A stretch of DNA of 64,000 nucleotides from Hydrolagus affinis (GCA_012026655.1 JAAILG010000802.1:1-64000); one strand, 5' to 3'; positions 25,224 to 36,443 are shown, counted from the first letter of the stretch. Numbers and translations are program-made. Notes: generated from the sequence alone by a model not told the origin.

Positions 25224-25432
25224 CTACTAAGGTATCTCACTGATTTCAGTGGATCTTAAAGTGGTGCTTCAGGTAGTCACTGCATGTGTGTATCGCTTGC
25301 ATTGGAGGTTTGATCAGGAAGGAGCAAGCTGGCTTCTGTTCTCATGAGGAATGTGTGAGGCAGGATTCTGTCTCTGTATGAGATTGTAGAATGTCATAGA
25401 TGAAACCCAATTAAGTAATGTGCACCGACTTT

Positions 25433-25690
25433 CATAAGGTTCTCATGATGAAACTGGAAACCAAGGGAATACATGGCCAAATCCTGGATTTTATCCAGAA
25501 TGTGAATTGCAGCTCCCAAGATCCATCTCTGTAAGGGTCGACAGTGGACTCACTGATCTCATCCCTCTGGAAAGGGGAGCAGGGCAAGGCTACCCATTAT
25601 CACCTATCATATTCGATGTATTCATCGACAATTTGTTGGATAGCATTGACTGGATTGCAACGCTTCTGTTTATGGATGATATTATGCTAT
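25433..25690 (+). mobile_element. Non-LTR retrotransposon RT fragment, not typical L2/CR1 (RTE/RTEX-like)
   Basis: HKVLMMKLETKGIHGQILDFIQN...ISVRVDSGLTDLIPLERGAGQGYPLSPIIFDVFIDNLLD...LLFMDDIML, matching the GVRQGCPLSP / LLFADD pattern. Confidence 0.75.
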
Positions 25691-26526
25691 TTGAATGTCA
25701 ACAAGACCGAGGCCCTATTGATTGGCTCACATCAGCACCTTCTTGCATCAAGCGCTGACAGCATCAACCTCCATGGCTACACACTCAACCTCACCAAGCC
25801 AGTCAGGAACCTAGGCGTCTTGTTCGACCCTCAACTGTCTTTCCTCTCCCACATCCAAGCAATGACTCGCTCTGCCTTTCCCCATCTCCACAACATTGCC
25901 TGACTCCTCCACAACCTCACCTCCAAAGCCGCTGAAACCCTCATCCACACCTTCATTACATCTCGGTTTCATCATGCAAATGCCTTGCTGCTCAGCCTTC
26001 TCAATTTCTCCCTCCACAGGCTGCAGATAATCCAGAACTCTGCAGCCAGTGTCCTTTACCATTCCAAACTCCATGACTCCATCTCCCCAATCCTCGCCCA
26101 ACTCCATTCATCCAGAGGATCCAATTCAAGATCCTGGTCCTCACATTTAAAGCCCTCCACAACCTCACCCCACCCTACATCCGTGACCTCCTATCCCTTT
26201 AGCAACCTATCCACCCCCTCCGCTCAACAGGCTCTGGCCTGCTGCACAGCCCCCGACTCACCCACCCCACCATTGGCAGGCGAGCCTTCAGCCACTCTCC
26301 CCTAACCTCTGGAACTCCATCTCGCAGTCCCTCCGCCTCACCCACTCCCTGGTCTCTTTCAAGTCTCGCCTCAAGATTCTCCTCTTCGGCAACTCCTAAT
26401 CCCCCCACTTCCCTTCCCCCCTGCCCCTCCAGTCCTCAGCTTGGGTCTAGCAGTAATTGTCCAGTGCCTTGGGACGTCTTCCTGACATGAAAGGCGCTAT
26501 ACAAGTGTAATTTTGTTGTTGTTGTC
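25690..26526 (+). mobile_element. L2 LINE ORF2 C-terminus and 3' tail
   Basis: LNVNKTEALLIGS...VRNLGVLFDPQLSF...LQIIQNSAA; tail GAAAGGCGCTATACAAGTGTAATTTTGTTGTTGTTG; contains stops and frameshifts. Confidence 0.92.
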
Positions 26527-26699
26527 GCTACTGGCGGACTCAATTGGGGATCTTTTGTGCTGCACCCGCCATCTTGAAAACTGGGCAAATGGTGGGACAT
26601 GGTGATAGGCTCCACCAAGCATCATATCATGATTCTGCACTAAAGACTTTGAGGGAAATGATTTGAAGATTCAAGGGGCATCAGTCCCAGTTGTTCATT

Positions 26700-27248
26700 C
26701 ATATCGAATCTGGGGGTTGCGGTGGACACCAATTTCAGTCTGGACACTATCCTGACGGACACTCGTGCATGCGTTTCTCATCACCCGCTTAGATTACTCC
26801 AACACACATCTTGATGGTCTCCCCAGCTTCACCATCCAAAAGATCTGGCTGATTCTGAACTCTGCGACCCGCATACTGACACAGACAAAACTCAATACCC
26901 ACTTCACACCAGTCCTGACCAGGCTCCACTGATTCCCTATCATTGAATGGATCAACTTCAAGATGCTCACATTCATGTTGAAATCCACTCACTCCCTGAC
27001 ACCTTCCTGCCTTTCCGTCCTCCTCACTCCCCAAATCACCTGGAGCCTCCGCTCGATTTACACCGATCTCCTGCTCGTTCCTCGCACTCTCCATTCCACC
27101 ATCGGAGGTTGCCCTTACAACCACCACTTCCCCAAACTCTGGAACACTCTCTCCCCCTGCCGGCTTGGTCAAGGCTCCACCACTGTTAAGTATTCTGAGA
27201 CAGCACCCGGCATGGAGGGCGCTATAAAAATGCAAGTTGTTGTTGTTG
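26700..27248 (+). mobile_element. L2 LINE 3' fragment (second tail subtype)
   Basis: CGCTTAGATTACTCCAAC (RLDYSN), AGGCTCCACTGATTCCC; tail GGCATGGAGGGCGCTATAAAAATGCAAGTTGTTGTTGTTG. Confidence 0.88.
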
Positions 27249-28169
27249 CTGACTGCACTGAAAAGATGCGAAGGGGCAAAGCATTGCTCAGAAGTGAGAA
27301 AGAATGTTATGCTTTCAGCACAACAAACCCACTCAATCCATCCAGAGACTACACATAAAACCTGCTCCACCATGAACTCCACTCAAATTCTTGAATCTGC
27401 TGAGAAAAAGTTCTAAAGTTCTTTGTAGATAATCCATGATCCCCCAAATTAATTAAGCTAAATCTGCAGAAAGTTTGCCCATTCACAAATGTCCTGTATT
27501 AAGTTCCTGACAGATATTATTAGCTCACCCGGCCTCAAATTGTACAGAAATTATTGGTTCCTATTGAATCTTTTTTGGGGTTTGTATTTTTCATTTAGTG
27601 GGTAAATGGCAGGACCATTGTACATACTATTTCTGAGAGCCAGCATAGACACAATAGGCCAAATGGCTTATTTCGTGCTGTATGTCTCAATTGTTATATC
27701 TCCAGTGATTATTCCTAACTGGATAACATCAATTTGAGAGAGTTAAACAACTTCTATTTTGGAAATTGGATCTATACACATAGTCGGTGGGGGAAAAAAA
27801 TCATTCCCATCTCTTGTTTTATTTGAGGTTTGTTAATTTCAAACCTATGTTCGTCAATTCAGCACACAGTGTGTCAAATATCCTGATTCAGAAGATTTTA
27901 TTTTATTCTCACATTTTGGTTATTGCTCTTTTGAACTTTCCTCTCTTCTGTTCAAATACCAAATATGCTGTTTTAGAAACCCTTGCCACTCCCTGCATCC
28001 TCAGTGTGTTGAAATTAACAGTTATTGTACTTTTTCTCATTCTTTCTTAAGATCTCAAGAATGTGGAAACCCTTTGTCTCCACTTTTAAAATCTTAAATC
28101 GCCTTCTGTGTTATGCTGAGATTGCAGCATGAAATAATAATTGAAATGTATGCCAAACCTGTATATAAT

Positions 28170-28240
28170 CTAAAACCAAAATAGAAATAGCTGAGAACAC
28201 TAAGCGGGCAAGGCAGCATCTATGGAGAAAGGAAAAGAGA
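28170..28240. mobile_element. Short relic of a Penelope-type chondrichthyan repeat terminus
   Basis: AAAATAGAAATAGCTGAGAACACTAAGCGGGCAAGGCAGCATCTATGGAGAAAG resembles a recalled shark repeat end (…ATGCTGGAAATACTCAGCAGGTCAGGCAGCATCTGTGGAGAGAG). Confidence 0.5.
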
Positions 28241-28683
28241 AAAAGGAAAAGTATTTTTGTGCTTTTCTTCATTTAATCTACATTACGTTACCAGTGAAAC
28301 TAGCTTTGGACTGCATGTAACAGCAGTTCTGCTGTTCTCTAGTTTTCTCTCCTTCTTTACTGAAGATGTTGACCAAATTTGGGATATGGTTCCTTGAGCA
28401 TTCAATAACTGACCCATATGTTTATTCTTTGTATCTGAGCTCAGAGAGTTAACCATGGGGACATCACAGCTAATTGGTGTCCAGTCATGGGCAATTTCCA
28501 GCAGGGGTCATTAGAAAATGCTCAGAAATAGGAATGTTCAAGTTTGACCACTGTCTCTAAGGACGTTTGGGTCCAGGGTTAACAGGAGGCTGGTGGGAAG
28601 AATCCTTTTCCCAGCCATTGGAACTCAAGTGGTTAGTTCAAAAATGTTTCAAACCAGATTGGTATGAATGTTTTTTATATAAA

Positions 28684-28706
28684 TTTTGTTTCATTCCTTT
28701 GTGCAG
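28684..28706 (+). promoter_or_regulatory. Polypyrimidine tract and 3' splice acceptor of the CDK6 exon
   Basis: TTTTGTTTCATTCCTTTGTGCAG|GAT. Confidence 0.92.
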
Positions 28707-28874
28707 GATATGATGTTCCAGCTGCTTTGTGGACTTGACTTTCTTCATTCCCACCGTGTAGTTCATCGCGACTTGAAACCCCAGAATATACTTGTAACCA
28801 GCAATGGCCAAATCAAGCTGGCTGATTTTGGTCTGGCACGCATTTACAGTTTTCAGATGGCACTTACTTCAGTG
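28707..28874 (+). CDS. CDK6: Cyclin-dependent kinase 6, internal coding exon (equivalent to human residues 124-179; catalytic loop, DFG, activation loop)
   Basis: 168 nt, phase 0-0, bounded by AG and GTAAGT. Translates to [56 protein letters not shown], two differences from recalled human CDK6. HSHRVV, KPQN, SFQ and LTSV distinguish it from CDK4 (HANCIV, KPEN, SYQ, LTPV). Confidence 0.97.
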
Positions 28875-28880
28875 GTAAGT
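28875..28880 (+). promoter_or_regulatory. Consensus 5' splice donor
   Basis: GTG|GTAAGT. Confidence 0.95.
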
Positions 28881-29781
28881 GGATACCAGGAAATATTTCT
28901 TTTCTGAATAATTATTGTTGTATTCATGGTTATTGTTTAGTTCCCCCTTAACACCTCGTACAATGTAACCTATGTCATAGCTTTAAACATCATCTGGTTC
29001 TGTTAATCTCACCTTCACATTTGCTGTGAGCTCATTGAAAGCCTTCCTGATTTCTAGATAGGCAAGCTGGATACAGGGGCAACAGTGATTCAGGGCCTTA
29101 CCTCTGACTCATATTCCATCTCTGCCCACAATGTTATCAGTGAAAGAAGGCTCTGTCAGAAGTTTTTCACTGATGACAGCAGGGATAGTAATCCCTGAGA
29201 GCTCAGCCTTGTCCTTCTGCCTCTTTTCACCCTTCTGATGAAGTTTTCACATCCGTTTCCTATTGAAACCAGCGTTTACATACAGCTGCCATATCAGAGC
29301 AACAATTAGCATCTTGTTATGGTGGCAATGGGATCACGACTATGTTCTGAATGTAGCCTCTAATTGGCTGAGCGCTGGATTTTGACGACCAGAATCTAAC
29401 ACTGAAGAAGCCCAGTTTTTGTGTGTTGACATTTTGTCAGAAAACTTTATACTGTATGAGACTACTATTCAGACCCCTTTACTCAGGACCATAAAGAAAT
29501 GTAGAGTAGTCCTAAATTGGCAAACTAATTGAAAGCTCACCAGACAGTGCTTTTCACTGCAAGCTTTGCAGTTTTTGCTGGTTAAACTCCAGCAATGCCC
29601 CAACGCACATCTGGGATTCCCAAGCCTTAGTTCTTAGCTCATTTGTACCCAATAAAACTGTTCATTCCCCAAATACACACAATCAACTGAGTTTACAGTA
29701 TATCCTCTGAAGCATTTTGAGATCACTCAGGACTGAGGTAAGGAGTTACTGTGTATCAAATGCAAGAGTTATTATTATGAG

Positions 29782-29954
29782 GCTCTCCAGAATTAGGTGA
29801 ACAGGGAGCATCCCTCGGGGGAGAGAATGTCATTTCCAAACATTGGAATTTCCATGTGTAGGTAGTATACATGGAACTTGCAGTCTGGTTTGTATACTCT
29901 TAAGCACAGAGATTGGTTTCCGAATGTGTTAGTGACCCAGTTGACCAAAACAAA
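29782..29954 (+). repeat. Partial copy (3' part) of the unclassified ~500-bp repeat
   Basis: GGAATTTCCATGTGTAGG...CATGGAACTTGCAGTCTGGT...TAAGCACAG...TTTCCGAATGTG...TGACCAAAACAAA aligns by eye with 14040-14220. Confidence 0.8.
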
Positions 29955-29959
29955 TCCAT

Positions 29960-30400
29960 ACAACAACAACAAATTGCATTTATATACCTTTTAAATTAGG
30001 AGGGTATCCCGAGGCACAGGACAGTCGAGGGTTTGCACCCAAGCTGGGTGACTTCTGGAGGTGTGGGAGGCAAAGTGGAATGGGTTGGGAGGATGACCAA
30101 AGACAAGGTCAAAGAGTCTTTAACGAGCCTTGAAGGAGGTGAGGGAAGGGACAAAGAGAAGGGATTCGGGATAGAGTTCCACAGTATGAGGGCAGAGAGG
30201 TTGAAGGCACAATGGCTAATGGTGAGGCGGGCAAGGGATGGGGGGAGGGGACGTGAAGCAGGCTTGTGTTGGTAAGATTTCAGAAGGTCACAGGTGTAGG
30301 GTTGGGCAAGACTGATGAGCTCTAAAACTGAGAATAAGGATCTTGAACTCAATTATCTGCCGAATACGGAGCCAGTGGAGTTGGGCAAGTATGGTGTGTG
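29960..30400 (-). mobile_element. L2 LINE 3' fragment
   Basis: (AAC)n-AAATTGCATTTATA tail; reverse strand AFNLSALILWNSIP and CTCCACTGGCTCC...GAGTTCAAGATCC. Confidence 0.85.
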
Positions 30401-31259
30401 AGACGACATAAACTCTTGTCTGCAGCTTGTGGAAGGAAGAGTTTTGAAGGGAGTGAATTACAGTACTGTACTAGGTTTTACCTGCTGTTATTGTATCCTG
30501 TTTAGGTTTGGAAACAGCACTGTGAAAAAAGAATCTGTGCTGTACTCTAGCTCGGATGTATCCACCTATTGTTCATTAACAAAGCACATGGAGTGGAACA
30601 TCTGCTGTTCCTGCTGCAAAGAATAACAAAAGATGTCCTATCCAAGAACAATTATTATCATGTTTGATATTAGAAGATATAACTTGAGCCAAAACTGTGT
30701 ACGGAAACTGGAAAGTCCTTTAAATTAAGGGATTTCAGCCAATTTAAACTGGATAAATAAAACAATTCTGGATTTTTATGGCTGAATATGAAGATTACCC
30801 TGTACTAATATGGAATTTTTAATTGATTGCAATACAGTTGCATAAATATAGTTTACACTCAGATGCACAATAATACTGCAATCACATTGAAAAATGCTTT
30901 CCCATTTCGTAGAACCGCATTTGTAATGATTAACAATGATTGTAATGATTACAATACAACACCATTTATGATTGTATTGCACCTTTTATGTTGGGAGGAT
31001 GACTCAAAGTGCTTGACACTTTGGTTGGCTGCTGGTAAAAAGAAAAAGCTGACCGCAAGCACAGTTATAGAGCTACGTCGATATTTTAGAGAATTAAACA
31101 CACAGTAATTTGACAAGTTCAAGATATTGTTGTGGTTTCCATATTTAAAAAGCAGCTCTTGAGAAGTGTGAGTATAGCCACTTCTGCCTGCCATGCTTTG
31201 ATAGGAACAACTTTGTGCAGATTGGCAATACATTTTGTCCCTGCAATGTGATTTGCGTA

Positions 31260-31463
31260 ATAATAGTAATAATAATCCTTGCATTTGATATGGCATCTTC
31301 TAGATGTCTGAAAGTGCTTCAGAATATACTGTAAAGTGAATTGACTCTATATTGGTGGATGAAACGCAGCAGCCAATTGCACACAGCCGTGTCCCATAAA
31401 CAATCATGGATTGAAAATGCCCAATTTATTATTGTTGTTTTTTTGAGGGATTATTATTAGGTG
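31260..31463 (-). mobile_element. tRNA-derived SINE, 3' two-thirds
   Basis: TAATAATAATCCTTGCATTTGATATGGC...GCAGCCAATTGCACACAGC...GGGATTATTATTAGG. Confidence 0.9.
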
Positions 31464-32787
31464 TATGACCTGTAAAGAGGCCTTTTTCACAAACTTCAAG
31501 GAATCCCTTTTCAATGGCTGGCACAAACTGCCTTGTTACATTTGTTCCTACAATTTGATCAACAAATTCCAGCTTTATGCAGTTTTCTGGCTCCAGAGGT
31601 TCCAGCACACTAATAACCCAGTATTACACGTATTAGGCTCTCCAATTCTGTTTCTCAGTCTAAGTCATTAGCTTAAGAAGTTTCTTGAAGAAGCATAAAC
31701 ATAACTGCAAATGCATAGAGCAAGAAAGCTCTATGCTAAAGGATATTTTTTGTGAGTGTGGAGTTTAAAGTTCACTTACAATACCCAAAGTGAGCTTTAA
31801 ACTGCAACAGATCTGCTCCTTTAAAGGGATGGTTTCTTCTGAAATTCTTGGTTTGCAAGCCAGAATCCTAGCATGTAAACAGAGGCCAATTCAGGGATAT
31901 GGAAAATAGTAAACATTATTCTACCATGAATATTAAATGTTTTTAAAACATACCTTATTATGATTCAAAATTATATTGGTCACAAAATGTTTGTCGCCAT
32001 TCCAATACATTCCACTTGTGTTCCCATTTGGGCTCTATACATGTAAGAATTTCTGTCTGGTATTGCAAATGGTTGACAAATTAAGTTCTTTTCAGCACAA
32101 AGTGATCTTTTGCAAATTATCATTTGAATTTTATAAGTGGTTTGCTTTGAAAAAAATGTTTCCAAATGTGTCACAGTCAGTCAAATTAGTGTTTAAAATG
32201 CAAATGTAATCTCTGATATTTAAATCATATCTATAATTTTAGACCCATGCATAATAAAATCCCACTCAAGTCAAGCTACTTTCATAGTCAGCAAAACATG
32301 CAGGAAGGTGTGACTTATACGATTTTACGGTTTTATGGCCTTTTTTGAATTGCATGACTCAGAGTGGTGTAAAACAACTTTGAGAAATCAAAATGATAGT
32401 TCAGTATTCAAGAGGAAAAGATTCCTTCAGTTGCAAATTTATATAAGAACATTAAATACCTTCATAAAAATCAGGAGAGTTCCCAGCTCTATCTAAAATT
32501 TTCCATACTGATTTACTTCAACCCTTTCAACATTCCAGCCACTATTTTCACACGTTTGCAATAACAATATTGTGTGTCAGTTGAGGTGCAAAGTCCCCCC
32601 GCCACCCCCCACCACCATTCAATACAATTAGTCATGATTTGGGTATTTTTTGGTAGCTTGCTTAACAATAGCATTATCTCATTCTCACTTGCAGTGGAAA
32701 ATAGCACGAACTGTAAGCAGTGCAAATTAAAGGTGCTAACTCAGTCATGGTTATAACAAACTGGACATGAATTTGTGTTTCTCACAA

Positions 32788-33262
32788 TGACTCAGTTGGT
32801 AAATTAACTGTCTGTTCTCTAACTGAATCATATAGATTGGGACAGCGTCATTGCTCAATCAATGGTTGTTGCTGAGTTAGCTGAGTAAATGCACTTCAAT
32901 TGGTCTCAACACGCGAACTAGAAAGTGAGAAAAAAAGAGACAATATTGCCGTGTCTCACAAGCGATTCACTTCAGATATAAAATGCACAGTGTGGATGCC
33001 AGCGAGAACACAAATGTGCTGGACTATATTGCAACCTACAGTTGATTAGTGTGCTGACACTCACTGTCAGGGTTCACAAATGAAAAAACTGTCACTTGAG
33101 AGAGAAACCAGAGAACAGGTCATGTCCAAAAATATACCCTTAACTGTAAATCCTGTGAAGCGCTTTATGTCATTTTCCCAATGTAAAAGGAGCCGTATTA
33201 AATGCAAGAATTTATTTTTTACAATGTCAGCATAAGTCAGTGTCTTCAGGAGAGAAGGAAAA
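32788..33262 (+). repeat. Unclassified ancient SINE-like repeat (same family as 45322 and 46560), with a short SINE-tail insertion near 33140-33220
   Basis: GCTGAGTTAGCTGA...GCTGACACTCACTGTCAGGGTTCACAAATGAA...CACTTG...CAGCATAAGTCAG is collinear with 45322-45700. Confidence 0.65.
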
Positions 33263-34835
33263 AAAATTGATGGAGTAGAGAGGCTAGGCTATAGGCTAGG
33301 CTATATTTTTTGCAAAATATTTGATGCCTTAAACACTTTAAATCATTGTGAACATTGCCGTACCTATCGACAGGAATTTTTTTTAAAGAAACATTCATTC
33401 TCGATAATCAAAAGGCTAAATCTAGATACTGTTCAAAAACAAAGTAAGCTAGAAGATGAAGTGACAGCTCATTATATCATTAATGGGAAAGGCAGATGCC
33501 AGTCACCCCTGTCCAAATAAAATAACATAAAATGTGTGGCTGCCACTGGATTCTTTGAAAGAATCCCTTTGCTCTCTTCATTCATTCACAAACTACTGCA
33601 CCCATATTCTCTGCTGACAAAGAGACTGTTCATTTGGGACAATGAGCCTTGCCAGAGGGCCTACCACTGAAAATCCGATCTCACCCACTGGATGTTGCAA
33701 ATCTGGATTATCAAAGCGAAAGCTTTCTGGCGGAAAACGATTTCTGAAAAGTCCTGAATGCCAAAGAATTCCTGCTGGCTGGTCACAACTGCGGCAGGTT
33801 GCTGTAGTGAAAGAGCTGGTCTCTCGGGATGGGCCAAAAGCCTCCCATGATATTCAGCTGAGGATGCAAACTAATGGTGCATCTGTAAAGTGAGAACGAC
33901 CACAGCAGCTGCAGTAATAGCTGGGAAGCTGTCCTTTTCCAATGTAGATAACAGATCTGAATCAGGTCCTTTTCATTGATCAGAAGACCGGTGCTTCCTA
34001 TCAGGTTAAACCAGACAAGGGTTATTTTGCAGATGCTTTACTCTGCCTCAAATATGAATAAGCTTGAGAAAAAGTGCATGGTTGAGCAGCAATAGATGAA
34101 TAGCGGTTCATTCACTATTACTATCATTATAAAACAAATGCTAAATGACTTTATGCAGGATATCATCCTTTGTCATTTTGAACTTTTTGAATACAATATT
34201 CTGATTTTGAGATTGAACTGCTTTCATCTAGGAACAGGACTCACACAGTCCTGTTGCTGGACATGTTATGTTACTCACACATTGTGTGCAATCTGCTGAT
34301 GATTTTTTTCTCAGTGCAGTTTCTAGCTCTCAAAGGTTAGAAACTTACTAGAATTTCTCCAGAAACAAATTCTGTGGGATTTCAGTGTCTGACTCAAACA
34401 CTGTTAGTTGTCTTTCAAAAGTTGGTTACTTTATGTTACACATACACCCCACACTCAGTACATTAATTGAATTTGAACCCATCGTTCCCTCACAGTTATC
34501 CTATATTGATCATTTTTTATTTATTTGGACCAATATCATTACTTTTTTTTAACAAAATCCAAAGTCCAACCAACTTAGGTATCTAATTTGCAAGTTGTGA
34601 TAACCATATGTGAAGACCTGTGTCTGACAATTACAAGTTCACTTAATTATGGAATTAACAAACTATAAATTTACAATGTTCATCATTGGTTGTTACTAAC
34701 ATAGTTAAGAGCATGTGATCTACTCTCATGCCCATGTTTATAAATGGTTAGCACCACCTGCAAATTAGTCTCTTACAATATCCACATTTCTGTCAGAATC
34801 TTGTAAGATTGGCTTCTGCTGGAAAGAGTACAGTA

Positions 34836-35261
34836 CAATAAAAGCCTATTTATCTGGCACCCGCGAGACCTGGCCAATGCCAGTTAAAGCACCTGTCGGA
34901 TATTTGGGTGGCCCGCAGCCGAAAACCCACCACAAAACAATTAAAGTTCTTTTAACACACACCATACACACCAGACTAAGTAATAACAGATAATAACAAC
35001 AACAACAACAACAACTTTGATTTATATAGTGCCCTCCACGCCGGATGGTGTCTCAGAGTGCTTAATAATAACAGAATATTGTATTGGTACTTATTGTTAA
35101 ACTACTCTCTTGCGCTGCTCACCTTTACCGATTGAGGTTTACAGTCCAGCAATTCTTTTTGCAATGCTGTGCGGGTGAAAAAAAACGGTAGCGCGACTTT
35201 ATAGCGGCAAACCGATAACCCTAGACTCTACTAGCGGCAAACCAAAATACTGTACCTGCGC
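34836..35261 (+). mobile_element. Second, 3'-truncated copy of the 21442 Tigger element with a nested L2-tail insertion
   Basis: TA|CAATAAAAGCCTATTTATCTGGCACCCGCGAGACCTGGCCAATGCC; collinear with 21442-21817. Confidence 0.92.
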
Positions 35262-35795
35262 CTATTTATAAAGCCTAGTATCACGTATGTTTTTTTTAAC
35301 AGCCTTATTTACCTGTCCTGCCACCTTCAAAGATTTGCTTGAACCCCCAGGTCTCTCTGTTCCTTCCTAGCCTATATTGCCTCTCCTCATTCTTCTTCCC
35401 AAAATGCATCATCTCATATTTCTCCACATTAAACTTCAATATGTCTGCCCATTTTACCATTCTGTCTATGTCCTCTTGCAGTCTACACTATCCTCCTCAC
35501 TATTTATTACTTTCCCTAACTTATCATCTGCAAATTTAGAAATTATATTCCCTATATACAAGTCCAGATCATTTTTATATACGTATTGAAAAGAGCAGTG
35601 GTCCCAATAACCGATCCCTGTGGGACACCACTGTACACTTCCCTTCAGTCAGAAAAATAACTGTTCACCACAACTCTCTGCTTTCTGTATCCCAGCCAAT
35701 TCTGGATCCATGCTGCCACTGTCCCTTTAATTACCATGGGCTTCTATTTTCCTCACAAGTCTCTGATGTGGCACTTTGTCAAACGCCTTTTGAAA
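35262..35795 (-). mobile_element. CR1 LINE RT fragment
   Basis: Reverse strand FQKAFDKVPHQRLVRKIEAHG, SGVPQGS and SKFADD motifs. Confidence 0.92.
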
Positions 35796-35796
35796 T

Positions 35797-35844
35797 TCAG
35801 GAGGTGCTTGGGCCCAACCGTGCCGGATTATCAAGGTTTTACTG
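35797..35844. mobile_element. Right end (TIR) of a second Tigger-like family
   Basis: GGAGGTGCTTGGGCCCAACCGTGCCGGATTATCAAGGTTTTACTG|TA matches the right end of 57674-58001. Confidence 0.82.
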
Positions 35845-36443
35845 TACCTATATTGCCACCTCCAATTTGCACAAGACTTTCCAGAACAAACTGCTGAGGT
35901 GCTTCGCAAGAAAAAGAAATTGGAAAGTGAGCAGTGTTGCTCAGTCTTTCAGGTCTGCCATAACACAGAATGAGGGAAATAAAAATGGCTTGCATGCACG
36001 GAAATGTATGTACAGTAACTTGATCTCATAGCCTAGGCTGGCAATTCAGCACTATAAAGTCAGAGATGCTGTTCTGCGGCTGAGGTATTAAACTGAGATC
36101 CCGTCTACCTGTTTATGTATTGTTATAACATTATTTAAATTGAGGCACAAACAATACAAGTCAAGTGTAGTAACTGTTTCGACAAAATCAAGAATCATCT
36201 TGAGATATTTTGACACATATTTGCCCACAAAATATAGGGTCAATTCAGTTTACAGAATATTTTGTAAAGAGCTGTGAAATGTCTCAAAGACGTGATAAGG
36301 CACCATATCAAAAGCAAGGATTATTATTATTAATTAGACACTATGAAAATGCATTTTTTTTAAATCAATCTAATACTGCTTGGTGTTGCTAGAATATATG
36401 GTATATTTCAATAAAAGGCTACAGAAGAATACATTTTTCACAT

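Noticed and set aside
26789-27382. Longest ORF in the window (197 aa, minus strand)
   Set aside because: Antisense to a decayed L2 fragment; no recognisable domain.
28686-28907. 73-aa ORF as a standalone small kinase gene
   Set aside because: CDK6 homology is confined to 28707-28874 between canonical AG and GTAAGT; the flanking residues are intron read-through.
29230-29285. CTGATGA...GAAAC as a hammerhead ribozyme
   Set aside because: No convincing stem II, stem I or cleavage-site geometry.
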